Origin: Propionibacterium freudenreichii subsp. freudenreichii
GTDB lineage: Bacteria > Actinomycetota > Actinomycetes > Propionibacteriales > Propionibacteriaceae
NCBI RefSeq assembly: GCF_000940845.1
Contig: NZ_CP010341.1
Location: 270,001 to 302,000, forward strand
Direction: 5' to 3'
Length of the DNA stretch: 32,000 nucleotides
The translations under genes and the position numbers were made by a program. How positions within the stretch are numbered: position 1 is the stretch's first letter; every line of letters begins with the position of its first letter. Below the pieces are notes generated by a model. It did no database searches. It was not told the DNA's origin and saw nothing but the letters and a program-made list of their open reading frames with translations. This document shows positions 1 through 9,186 of the stretch, piece by piece.

Positions 1-299
1 GGTGCGAAAAACAGACTCAGCGTCGAGCCGAGGCGACAGCCGTTCGCACCTCAGCAACACAGTCGGTCAAGCAGCACAGACACCACAGCAGCACACAAAC
101 GGGGCCCCCCACGAAGCGCAGCATTCACCCGGTGGATGGCGCGTCGACCCATCACCATCAGTCAGCCATTGAGCAGACGCGTCTATTGGGCGGCGGTCTA
201 CCGGAGTGAAAGAAGAACAGTGTTTGCGTCACTGAAAGAGGAGAAGCGTGCGGCCGACCTGAGCCGTGCGCGCCGGTCTTCCTGCTGGTCATCATCTCG

Positions 300-1535
300 A
301 TGGGCAGCTCGATCATCTACACGCCGGCCTACCTGAAGTTCGTCTTCTACAACGAGCTGATGGCGGCCCTGCACATCACCAACGAACAGGTTGGCACGCT
401 GCTCTCGGCCTACGCCATCACGGCGACCATCTGTTACCTGCCCTCGGGCATCGTGGCCGACAAGGTGCGCGCCCGCACGCTGTCGTGGGTGGGCTTCGCG
501 CTCACCGCCTTGCTCACCTTCGTCTATGCGACGCTGCCGTCGTACAACACGCTGATGTTCGTGTTCGTGGGCATGGGCCTCACCACGATCCTCATCTGGT
601 GGGGCATCCGCTTCAAGGTGATCCGCCTGATCTCCGGTGAGGGCGAGTACTCGCGCAATATCGGCCTGTCCTACGGCCTGTACGGCGCAGCCGGCCTGGT
701 GGTCGGCCTGGTGAACACCTTCATCGTGACCAAGCTCGCCGCCAGCCCCGAGGTGGGCATGCGCGTGCTGATCATCTTCCTGGGCATCCTCATCGCCGTG
801 CTCGCCGTGCTGTCGTTCCTCTTCATCCCGCGCTTCGCGGGTGAGATCGGCGGCGACGGAACCGGCTTCAGCTTCAAGGGCGTCGGCAAGGCCCTCACCA
901 TGCCGGTGGTCTGGCTGAGCTCGGCCTGCATGTTCTTCGTGTACTTCTACTACACCGGCGTCACCTACACCACGCCCTACCTGAAAGGCGCGCTCGGCGC
1001 CTCGGCCAAGCTGGTGCTGCTCATCGGCACCATCCGCACCTACGGCATCACCCTGTTCTCCGGCCCGGTATTCGGTGCCATCGCCTCCAAGGTGGGCTCG
1101 CCCTCCCGCGTGATCACCGTCGGCTCGGTGCTCGCAGCCGTCGTGCTCCTCGGCTTCGTCTTCCTGCCGCAGAAGCCGGCCATCGCCGTGCTCGCCGCAG
1201 TGCTGGTGATCTTCCTGGGCTTCGTCGCCAACGGCGTCTTCGGCATCGTCTCGGGTCAGCTCACCGAGGGCAAGGTGCCCCTGGAGGTCTTCGGTACCGC
1301 CTCGGGCCTGCTGTCAGTGGTCGGGTTCCTGCCTGATACCTTCTCGAGCACTTGGTTCGGAAAGCTGATGGACCAGAAGGGCAATGCCGCCTACGACGAC
1401 ATCTTCATCATCCTGGCCATCTCGGCGCTCATTGCTGGCGCCATCGCCGTGGTGCTGCTCTGGTACGTCAAGAAGCACAAGGCCGACGAGCCCCTTGACG
1501 AGGCAGTCGCCGACGCCGGCATCGTGGAGGCATGA
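300..1535 (+). CDS. MFS-superfamily transporter (about 12 TM), first gene of the cai/fix-like cluster; 5' end uncertain
   Basis: 411-aa ORF with alternating hydrophobic spans, a central loop (PRFAGEIGGDGTGFSFKG) and an MFS TM2-TM3 loop motif (PSGIVADKVRARTL). Residues that look like the first half of TM1 (VFLLVIIS) lie upstream of ATG 300. No ATG/GTG/TTG exists in frame back to the stop at 207-209. Confidence 0.75.
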   Translation: MGSSIIYTPAYLKFVFYNELMAALHITNEQVGTLLSAYAITATICYLPSGIVADKVRARTLSWVGFALTALLTFVYATLPSYNTLMFVFVGMGLTTILIWWGIRFKVIRLISGEGEYSRNIGLSYGLYGAAGLVVGLVNTFIVTKLAASPEVGMRVLIIFLGILIAVLAVLSFLFIPRFAGEIGGDGTGFSFKGVGKALTMPVVWLSSACMFFVYFYYTGVTYTTPYLKGALGASAKLVLLIGTIRTYGITLFSGPVFGAIASKVGSPSRVITVGSVLAAVVLLGFVFLPQKPAIAVLAAVLVIFLGFVANGVFGIVSGQLTEGKVPLEVFGTASGLLSVVGFLPDTFSSTWFGKLMDQKGNAAYDDIFIILAISALIAGAIAVVLLWYVKKHKADEPLDEAVADAGIVEA

Positions 1536-1542
1536 GGCCAAC

Positions 1543-2549
1543 ATGGCGGAAAAGCTGAACGTCCCCGGCCTGTGGAGTGCCGAGATGGGGTAGGTGATCG
1601 CCAAGCAGAACGAGCTTGCGGGCGACGCCTTCGCCACCGACGTCACGCCGGCCCAGATGCGTGAGAACTACGACACCGAACGCGCCTTCTGGAACGAGGG
1701 CGGCCCGCAGATGGCCCGGACCACCGATCGTGAGGTGGCCACGGCCTATGGCGCGGTGTCGGTGCGTCAGTACCGTCCCGCCGGGCCGGCACCGCAAGAC
1801 ACCCTGCCGGTGATCGTCTTCATCCACGGCGGCGGCTGGGTGGTGGGCAATCCGACCACCCACGACCGCATCACGCGCATCCTGGCCGACTCGACCAAGG
1901 CCTGCGTGGTGAGCGTGGACTACACGCTGTCGCCGGAGGCGAAGTATCCCCGGGCACTCAACGAGTGCGTCGTCGGGTGCGTGCCCTGGTGGACGCACCC
2001 GACGAATGGGGCATCGACGCCGACGACATCTCGCTGGCCGGCGACTCGGGTGGGGTCAGCCTGGCCTTCGGCGTGGCGCTGCACCTGCGCGACGAGGAGA
2101 AGCTGGCCGACCGGTTGCGCTGCATGCTGCTGTACTACGGCATCTACGGACTCACCGATTCCGCATCACGCCGCCTGCTTGGTGGCCCCTGGGACGGACT
2201 GGGCGACGACGACCTGCAGTACTACTACGACGCCTACTTCGGCTCGCCCGAGGACGTGTCCTCGCCCTGGTTCAACGTCGTGGGCGCCGACCTGGGCCAT
2301 GGCGTCCCGCCCTGCTACGTGGCCGCGGCGGCGCTCGACCCGCTGCGCGATGATTCCCGCACCCTGGCGGCCCAACTCGCACTGGCGGGCGTGACCAACC
2401 AGTACGAGGAATTCGCCGGGGTGATCCACGGGTTCGCCCACCACACCCGCATGCTGTCAGCCGCCCGCCGGCTGCTGGCGCATTCGGCGCAGTTCTTCAC
2501 CGAGCAGGGACCGGATCGCTCCCGTGACCCCGAACCCGCCCGACCCTGA
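1543..2549 (+). pseudogene. aes: Aes-like acetyl esterase (hormone-sensitive-lipase family alpha/beta hydrolase), disrupted by an in-frame TAG and a frameshift
   Basis: HGGGW oxyanion motif, VDYTLSPEA, GDSGG nucleophile elbow, YGIYGLTDSASRRLLGGPWDGL, DPLRDD, HGF. It is colinear with recalled E. coli Aes from the N-terminal ..SAEM.. segment to ..AQFFT.Q. The reconstruction needs ATG 1543 (GGAGG at 1526-1530), reads through TAG 1591-1593, and shifts from frame 1 to frame 3 at the GGG run 1975-1977. The ORF track shows the pieces as 1594..2394 and 1965..2549. Confidence 0.7.
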
Positions 2550-2679
2550 GCCGAACCGTCCGACGTCGCCGGCACGCCGACCCGACCCCCCCGCGGGACG
2601 CAGTCGGCAACGGTGCGGTCGACGTCAGCCCAACCCACACAGCCAAGCCAACGAAACAACCACAGAAAAGGGAAAGACA

Positions 2680-3816
2680 ATGGATTTCTCATTGACCGAA
2701 GACCAGCAGCTCATGGTGGACGGCTTCACCGAGCTGATGAACAGTGAGGCATGGGAGAAGTACTTCCACGAGTGTGACGAGAACTCGGAGTATCCCGAGC
2801 GCTGGGTCAAGGCGATCTGCGACCTCGGCTTCGACCGCATCCTGCTGCCCGAGGAATACGACGGCCTGGGCCTGGGCTGGCAGACGTTGGCCGCCGCCTA
2901 TGAGGCACTCGGCCGCGCCGGTGGCCCCACCTACGTGCTCTACCAGCTGCCCGGCTGGGACAGGGTGATCCGCGAGGGCACCGAGGAGCAGAAGAAGGAC
3001 ATCCTCAAGTTCGTCGGCAGTGGCAAGCAGATGCTCAACTACGCCATGACCGAGCCCAGCGCCGGGTCGAGCTGGGACGACATGTCCACCACCTACAGCC
3101 GCAAGGGCGGCAAGGTGTACCTCAACGGACACAAGACCTTCATCACCTCATCCATGAAGGTGCCCTACCTCGTGGTGATGGCCCGCGACGCCGACAACAT
3201 GGGCACCTACACCGAGTGGTTCGTCGACATGAGCCTGCCGGGCATCACCAAGGAGCCCCTGCACAAGCTCGGCCTGCGCATGGATTCGTGCGCCGACATC
3301 TACTTCGACAACGTCGAACTGCGCGAGGAGGACCTGTTCGGCACCGAGGGCAATGGCTTCAAGCGCGGCGTGAAGGACTTCGACCTGGAGCGCTTCGAGG
3401 TGGCCCTGACCAACTACGGCACCGCCTACTGCGCCTTCGAGGACGCCGCCAAGTACGCCAACCAGCGCGTGCAGGGCGGCGAGGCGATTGCCCGCAAGCA
3501 GCTCATCCAGCTGAAGTTCGCCGACATGAAGGTGGACCTCACCAATATGCGCAACATGCTCTACGAGATCGCCTGGAAGGCCGACAACGACCAGCTCGGC
3601 CGCGGCGACTGCTCCATGGCCAAGTACTACTGCTCGCATGCCTCGGCCCGCGTGGTCGACAACGCGCTGCAGACCCTGGCCGGCGTGGGCGTCACCGGCG
3701 AACACCGCGTGCAGCGCTTCTACCGCGACCTTCGCGTGGACCGCGTCTCCGGTGGCACCGACGAGATGATGATCCTCGCCGCCGGCCGTGGTGCATTGCG
3801 CGATTACCGCAGCTGA
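2680..3816 (+). CDS. caiA: CaiA-like acyl-CoA dehydrogenase (crotonobetainyl-CoA reductase family)
   Basis: Starts [10 protein letters not shown] after a purine-rich GAAAAGGGAAAG (2665-2676). Long colinear matches to recalled E. coli CaiA: [78 protein letters not shown]. The upstream part of ORF 2524..3816 is non-coding-looking Pro/Arg text. Confidence 0.85.
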   Translation: MDFSLTEDQQLMVDGFTELMNSEAWEKYFHECDENSEYPERWVKAICDLGFDRILLPEEYDGLGLGWQTLAAAYEALGRAGGPTYVLYQLPGWDRVIREGTEEQKKDILKFVGSGKQMLNYAMTEPSAGSSWDDMSTTYSRKGGKVYLNGHKTFITSSMKVPYLVVMARDADNMGTYTEWFVDMSLPGITKEPLHKLGLRMDSCADIYFDNVELREEDLFGTEGNGFKRGVKDFDLERFEVALTNYGTAYCAFEDAAKYANQRVQGGEAIARKQLIQLKFADMKVDLTNMRNMLYEIAWKADNDQLGRGDCSMAKYYCSHASARVVDNALQTLAGVGVTGEHRVQRFYRDLRVDRVSGGTDEMMILAAGRGALRDYRS

Positions 3817-3869
3817 GCCGGAACCCCCGGCCCCAGCTTGACCAGAGCGTGAATTGACCAAAGCGTCAC

Positions 3870-5114
3870 ATGGAAGGAATGAACGAAATGTCATTGCCAA
3901 CGCAAAAGCCGTCATTCGGAGTGCTCGACGGTCTCAAGGTCATCTATTCCGCCGTGGAGATCGCAGTGCCGACGGCCTGCGAGATCATGTCGGAGTGGGG
4001 TGCTGACGTCACCTGGATCGAGAACACCCACACCGGTGACTCGGTGCGCGACACCACCTATGTCAAGGAGATGGAGCGCCGCAACCAGCGTTCCCTGTCG
4101 ATGAACCCCTTCTCCGACGAGGGCAAGGAGATCCTGTTCAAGATCATCGAGGACGCCGACGTCTTCGTGGAATCGTCGAAGGGCCCGGCCTGGGCACGCA
4201 AGGGCATCACCGACGAGATGCTGTGGGAACGCAATCCCAAGCTCGTCATCGTGCATGTCTCCGGCTTCGGCCACACGGGCGATCCCGTGCGGGTGAACTC
4301 GGCTGCCTATGACCTCACCGTGCAGGACTACGCGGGCTACGTCTACCAGAACGGCACGCCCGACTAGCCGATGACGGCAGCGCCCTACACCGGCGACTAC
4401 TTCAACTCGTTGATGGTCGTCAGCTCCGCGCTGGCAGCCGTCTTCCGGGCGCAGAAGACCGGCAAGGGCGAGTCCATCGACCTGGCCATGTACGAGACCA
4501 TGCTGCGGATGGGCGCGTACTACATGATCGATTACCTCAATGCCGGCATCGAGTACCCGCGCGCCGGCGGCAGGAACCAGAACCTGTGCGCCATCGGGCA
4601 GTACAAGTGCCGCAACGGCGTGATCGGCCTGTGCGTCTACGGCGTTCCCCAGAACAAGTACCTGCTCGAGGCAATCGGGCTGGGCGAGCTGTGGGGCACC
4701 GAGGACTATCCGGAGGACACCTCGGCCCTGTGGCTGTCGTCGCCCAAGGCGGAACTCATCGAGTCGAAGCTCGAGGAGTACCTGCTGGCCCGCGACGTGG
4801 AGGACGTGGAGGCCGACTTCACCGCCCACAAGCTGGCGGCGCAGAAGTGCCTCAGCTTCGAGGACATCCTGGCCGAGAAGCACGTGCAGGAGCGCGGCAA
4901 CTTCATCGAATGGCAGAACGCAGAGGGCCAGGACGTGAAGGGCCTCAACACGGTGCCGGTGTTCAAGAACCGTCCCGGCCAGTTCTGGCGTCCGCTGCCC
5001 CCGCTGGGCTACGACACCGCCGACCTGCTCGCCAAGGCCGGCTTCAGCCCGGCCGACATCGAGCGCTTCAAGGCGTCGGGCAAGGTGCGCTTCGGCGACC
5101 AGGACGAGAGCTGA
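3870..5114 (+). pseudogene. caiB: CaiB-like family III CoA-transferase interrupted by an in-frame amber codon (TAG 4365-4367)
   Basis: ORFs 3870..4367 and 4371..5114 are in the same frame and are separated only by TAG-CCG. Together they are colinear with recalled E. coli CaiB (EWGA.V.WIEN, SKGPA.AR.GITDE.LW..NPKLVI.H.SGFG, TGKGESID.AMYE.MLRMG, FKN.PGQ.WR). Likely start is ATG 3888 (MSLPTQKP; GGAAGGA at 3872-3878); ATG 3870 and 3879 are also in frame. Confidence 0.8.
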
Positions 5115-5138
5115 ACCAGGCCCTTGCGGGCAGGAGAG

Positions 5139-6740
5139 ATGACGATGTGGGATGCCGCGGAAGCCGGCGAGGAGCTGTCGCTGGGAGCCATCTGGGACCA
5201 CCAGGTGCGCTCCCGGCGCACGGCCGAGTTCCTCGTGTTCGGTGACCCTGACACCGGGCAGGTGCGCACATACAGCTACGGCGAATTCGACGCCTGGGTG
5301 AACCAGGTGGCCCATGTGCTGACCGACGCCGGCGTCGGCCAGCGCACCCGGGTTGCCGTGCACCTGTACAACTCCCCGGAGTTCATCGCCTGCCTGCTGG
5401 CTCTGGCCAAGATCGGCGGCGTGCTGGTGCCGATCAGCCCGGCCTATTCGCGGGTGGAGTGCGCCGACATCGTGGCGCGTACCACCCCGCTGGTGCTGGT
5501 CACCGAACCGGAGCTGCTGGCGATCCATGGCGACGAGCAACTCGCCGCCATCGGCACCGTGCTGTCGCTGGGGGGCAACCCGGAACACAAGCCCGGCCGG
5601 GTGCTCGACTTCACCACCACGGTGGGGGAGGCGTCACCCGAGCCCGGCGTGCATCCGGCGCTGGACGGGTCGGACCTGCTGGAGGTGATGTTCACCTCGG
5701 GCACCACCGCCAGGCCCAAGGGCGTGATGCTCACCCACGCGAACTTCGTGTTCTCGGGGCTGTTCGTCAACTGGCAGCTCGCCATGGGCCAGGACGACCG
5801 GTTCTACTCGTCGATGGTGGGCACGCACGTGAACCTGCAGCTGTCGGCGCTGGCCCCGGTGATCACCGCCGGCGCCACGATGATCTTCGAGAAGCGCTAT
5901 TCGGCCACCCGGGCCTGGGCCCAGGTGCGGCGCCATCGGGCGACGCTGATCCAGTCGATGGCGATGATGGTGCGCACGATGATGGCCCAGCCGGTGGCGC
6001 CCGACGAGCGTGACCACCAGGTGCGCCTGGTGCACTACTTCCTGCCGATCACCGACGACGAGAAGGCCGCCTTCGAACACCGCTTCGGGGTGCGCCTGCT
6101 CAACAACTACGGGTCGTCGGAGAGCCTGGTGGGGGTGCTCACCGAGCGTCCCTTCGGGCCGACGCGGTGGCCCTCGGTGGGTCGGGTCGGCCTGGGCTAC
6201 CGGGTGCGGGTGGCCAGCGACGCCGGACATCCGATGCCGGTGGGCGAGGTCGGCGAGATCCAGGTGCGCGGCATACCGGGCGTCAGCCTGATGGCCGGCT
6301 ACTGGCGCGATCCGGCACGCACCGACGCCTGCTTCACCGACGACGGCTGGATGCACACCAGCGACTGCGGACGCATGGACGCCGACGGCTGGTTCTACTT
6401 CGTCGACCGCAACGTGGACGTGATCAAGAGGGCCGGTGAGACCATCTCGTCGGCCGAGGTGGAGGACGCGTTGCTGCACCAGCCCGGCGTGGTGGACGCC
6501 GCAGTGGTCGGCGTGCCCGACCCCATCAAGGACGAGGCCATCGAGGCCTTTGTGGTGCCGGCGCTCGGCGTGAAGCTCGATGTTGAGCAGATTCGCAAGC
6601 GCTGCGCCGAACGATTGGCGTACTTCAAGGTGCCCGAAGCCATTCACGTGAGCTCCGAGCTGCCTCGGGGGAATTACGGAAAGATCCGCAAGGACCTCTT
6701 GCGGAAGGAATTAATGACGGCAAAGGGAAGGTCATTATGA
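5139..6740 (+). CDS. caiC: CaiC-like AMP-dependent acyl-CoA ligase
   Basis: FTSGTTARPKGV AMP-binding motif. KRYSATRAWAQVRRHRAT, RFGVRLLNNYGSSE, RWPSVGRVG, GW.HT.D and VDRN.D.IKR.GE match recalled E. coli CaiC. Start is ATG 5139 or 5145 after GGAGAG (5132-5137); the track start 5124 is TTG. The stop overlaps the next start (ATGA at 6737-6740). Confidence 0.8.
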   Translation: MTMWDAAEAGEELSLGAIWDHQVRSRRTAEFLVFGDPDTGQVRTYSYGEFDAWVNQVAHVLTDAGVGQRTRVAVHLYNSPEFIACLLALAKIGGVLVPISPAYSRVECADIVARTTPLVLVTEPELLAIHGDEQLAAIGTVLSLGGNPEHKPGRVLDFTTTVGEASPEPGVHPALDGSDLLEVMFTSGTTARPKGVMLTHANFVFSGLFVNWQLAMGQDDRFYSSMVGTHVNLQLSALAPVITAGATMIFEKRYSATRAWAQVRRHRATLIQSMAMMVRTMMAQPVAPDERDHQVRLVHYFLPITDDEKAAFEHRFGVRLLNNYGSSESLVGVLTERPFGPTRWPSVGRVGLGYRVRVASDAGHPMPVGEVGEIQVRGIPGVSLMAGYWRDPARTDACFTDDGWMHTSDCGRMDADGWFYFVDRNVDVIKRAGETISSAEVEDALLHQPGVVDAAVVGVPDPIKDEAIEAFVVPALGVKLDVEQIRKRCAERLAYFKVPEAIHVSSELPRGNYGKIRKDLLRKELMTAKGRSL

Positions 6741-7615
6741 ACAGGATCAAGACAGAAATGGTGGGCCAGACGTTCGGCCCATTCGTCCGCGAATACAACT
6801 TCCGCGACCTCGAGCTGTTCGCACTGGGTTGCGGCGCCGGTATCGACGGCAAGGACGGCCTGGAATACATCAATGAGCACGACCCGCTGAACCGCAGCCT
6901 CAAGGTGCTGCCGATGTTCGGTGCGATGCTCATCGTCGACTCCGAAGTCACCCGCACCATCGACTACGGCTACAACTACGCCGGCTCGCTGCACTGGGGC
7001 TTCGACATCAAGTACCACCAGCCGATCACCAAGATGGCCGACACCATCAGCACCAAGGTGAAGTTGGCCGGCCTCTACGACCGCGGCGAGGGCAAGGGCC
7101 TGCTGGCCCAGCACATCGGCGACAGCTACGACGCCGAGGGCAACCTGCTGTTCACCAACGAGTCGTGGGACGCGTTGATCTACGACGGTGGCTGGGGCGG
7201 CCCCAAGCCCCCCAAGGACCTGGTGGACATGCCCGACCGGGCACCTGACGCCGAGGTCACCGAGCGCATCCCCGAGAACCAGGCGCTCATCTACCGCCTG
7301 TCGGGCGACTACCACCCGCAGCACATCGACTGGGAGTACGCCGCCAAGAACGGCGAGCCCCGCCCGATCCTGCACGCCATCAGCTATGCGGGCGTCGTGA
7401 TGCGCCATGCCATCAACACCTTCGTGCCCGGCGAGCCCGAGCGCATCACCCGCTTCAAGACGCGCATCACCTCCCCGGTGCTGCCCGGCTCCACCCTGCG
7501 CACGCAGATGTGGAAGGTCGGCGAGGGCGAGCTGCGCTTCCGCCTGGTGGACGACGACGTCGACACGACCGGCGCCAAGCCGCACCTCAACTGGGGAATC
7601 ATCGAATACAAGTGA
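6737..7615 (+). CDS. MaoC-like double-hotdog (R)-specific enoyl-CoA hydratase/dehydratase
   Basis: 292 aa, the size of a fused double hotdog. The C-terminal half carries a hydratase-2-like motif, YRLSGDYHPQHIDWEYAA (Asp and His retained). RBS AAGGGAAGG at 6723-6731. 4-nt ATGA overlap with caiC indicates translational coupling. Confidence 0.8.
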   Translation: MNRIKTEMVGQTFGPFVREYNFRDLELFALGCGAGIDGKDGLEYINEHDPLNRSLKVLPMFGAMLIVDSEVTRTIDYGYNYAGSLHWGFDIKYHQPITKMADTISTKVKLAGLYDRGEGKGLLAQHIGDSYDAEGNLLFTNESWDALIYDGGWGGPKPPKDLVDMPDRAPDAEVTERIPENQALIYRLSGDYHPQHIDWEYAAKNGEPRPILHAISYAGVVMRHAINTFVPGEPERITRFKTRITSPVLPGSTLRTQMWKVGEGELRFRLVDDDVDTTGAKPHLNWGIIEYK

Positions 7616-7697
7616 GGCACGAGCCCGGCTGGGCCCACCACCACGGTGGGTCCACCACCCGGAACCAGCATTCCGGGTGAGCCCTGTGGCTTCGGTG

Positions 7698-7724
7698 GTT
7701 GCCGGCCTGTCCCGGGCCGGCAAC
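7698..7724 (+). terminator. possible stem-loop terminator/attenuator after the MaoC gene
   Basis: GTTGCCGGCC (7698-7707) / GGCCGGCAAC (7715-7724) form a perfect 10-bp GC-rich stem with a 7-nt loop. No T-tract follows, so the call is weak. Confidence 0.35.
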
Positions 7725-7825
7725 TCGCCGTGTACGCAGGGACCGCACACCATCAGCGCAGCCAACCGACGGGAACCGATCATCGAAGAACAGGGCACCA
7801 CGACAGCACGAAGGAGGGCGGAACA

Positions 7826-9182
7826 ATGCCACAGCAACCAGTGTCGCAACAGCTGACGTCGCAACAACCAGTGAGCCTGGAGGACGTCGGCATGAGCCGT
7901 GCCCTGCGCAAGGTGGTGGTGTTCTCCAGCGGAGGGCCCTTCCTGGAGGGCTATGTGCTGGGCATCATCGGCGTCGCGCTGGTGCACATGGGTCCCGACC
8001 TGGGCATCAACGAGCACTGGAGCGGACTGCTCGGTGCCGCCGCGCTGGTGGGCGTCTTCGTCGGCGCCATCGCCGGCAGCTGGGTGACCGACCTCATCGG
8101 ACGTCGCAAGATGTTCGTGATCGACCTGATCCTCATCGGCGTGCTGTCGCTGCTGTGCATGGTCGTGTCGACGCCGGGGCAGCTGTTCGTGCTGCGGCTG
8201 GCGATCGGCGTGGTGATCGGGGCCGACTATCCCATCGCCACCTCGATGATCGCCGAGTTCACCCCGCGCAAATACCGGGCCATGGCCATGGGTGCGATCG
8301 CGGCCGTGTGGTACCTGGGCGCCAACGTCGCCTATGTGGTCGGCTACCTGTTCGACAACGTCACCCGCGGCTGGACCTGGATGCTCGGCAGCTCGGTGAT
8401 CCCGTGCGTCATCATCCTCATCGGACGCTGGTCGGTGCCCGAATCGCCGCGCTGGCTCTACAGCAAGGGACGCACCGAGGAGGCCGCCGAGGTGGTGCGC
8501 GGCCTCTACGGGCAGGACGTGGAACTGGGCCTGCAACCCGAACCCACCCGCACCAAGTTCTCCAAGGTGTTCAGCCGCCCCTACCTGTGGCGGGTGCTGT
8601 TCGTCGGCGTCATCTGGCTGTGCCAGGCCATCCCGATGTTCGCCATGTACACCTACGGACCCCAGATCTCCAACGCCTTCCGCCTGGGCGAGGGACGCAA
8701 CGCCCTGCTCGGCGAGATGGTGGTGGGCACCTTTTTCCTCATCGGCACCATCCCGGCGATGTTCCTGGCCGAATCGCTGGGGCGACGCAAGCTGGTGATC
8801 GGATCGTCCCGTGATGACGGTGGCACTGGCCGTGCTGGGTGCGATCCCGGCACCCAGCACCCTGGTGATCCTGATCTGCTTCGCGCTGTACGCCCTGTTC
8901 TCCGGCGGGCCGGGCAACCTGCAGTGGCTGTACCCCAATGAGCTGTTCCCCACCGACATCCGGGGCTCGGCGATGGGCGTGGCCATGGCCGTCAGCCGCA
9001 TCGGCACCGTCGTCTCGATCTATATCCTGCCGGGATTCATCGCCCGCCAGGGCATGGGCGCCACCATGATCGCCGGCGCCATCATCTCGGCCGTCGGCTT
9101 CGTCGTCTCACTGGTGTGGGCGCCCGAGACGCGCGGCCACGACCTGTCAGAAACCAGCGCACCGCAATTCAAGGGGAGGTAG
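7826..9182 (+). pseudogene. MFS sugar-porter-family transporter with a 1-nt frameshift
   Basis: ATG 7826 preceded by AAGGAGGG (7811-7818). Motifs GRRKMF, GADYPIATSMIAEF, PESPRWLYSKGR and PETRGHDL. Frame 2 reads ..GRRKLVIGSS up to 8809. Frame 3 continues VMTVALAVLG.. from 8811, so one extra C in the CCC run 8808-8810 splits the gene. The track shows 7646..8941 and 8811..9182. Confidence 0.75.
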
Positions 9183-9186
9183 GGCC

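Noticed and set aside
1-135. Structured leader or riboswitch upstream of the first MFS gene (GGTGCGAA ... TTCGCACC stem, CA-rich tract)
   Set aside because: It is only one 8-bp stem with a 34-nt loop. It has no resemblance to any riboswitch class I can recall, and the element is cut by the window edge.
1591-4367. Programmed TAG recoding (pyrrolysine or suppressor read-through) to explain the two in-frame amber codons
   Set aside because: TAG is used as the genuine stop of at least three well-supported genes in the window: the MFS at 9180-9182, the LacI-family gene and ppgK. No pyl-type genes or suppressor tRNA are visible. The same cluster also has frameshifts, so simple decay is more likely. 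It can still be tested by proteomics.
3912-5588. 558-aa antisense ORF opposite the caiB/caiC homologues
   Set aside because: Shadow ORF on the strand opposite well-supported genes, with no motifs and Arg/Gly/His-rich composition. The same applies to 6674..9007, 9919..11538, 15422..16963, 19539..20867 and 23522..24589 (all minus strand).
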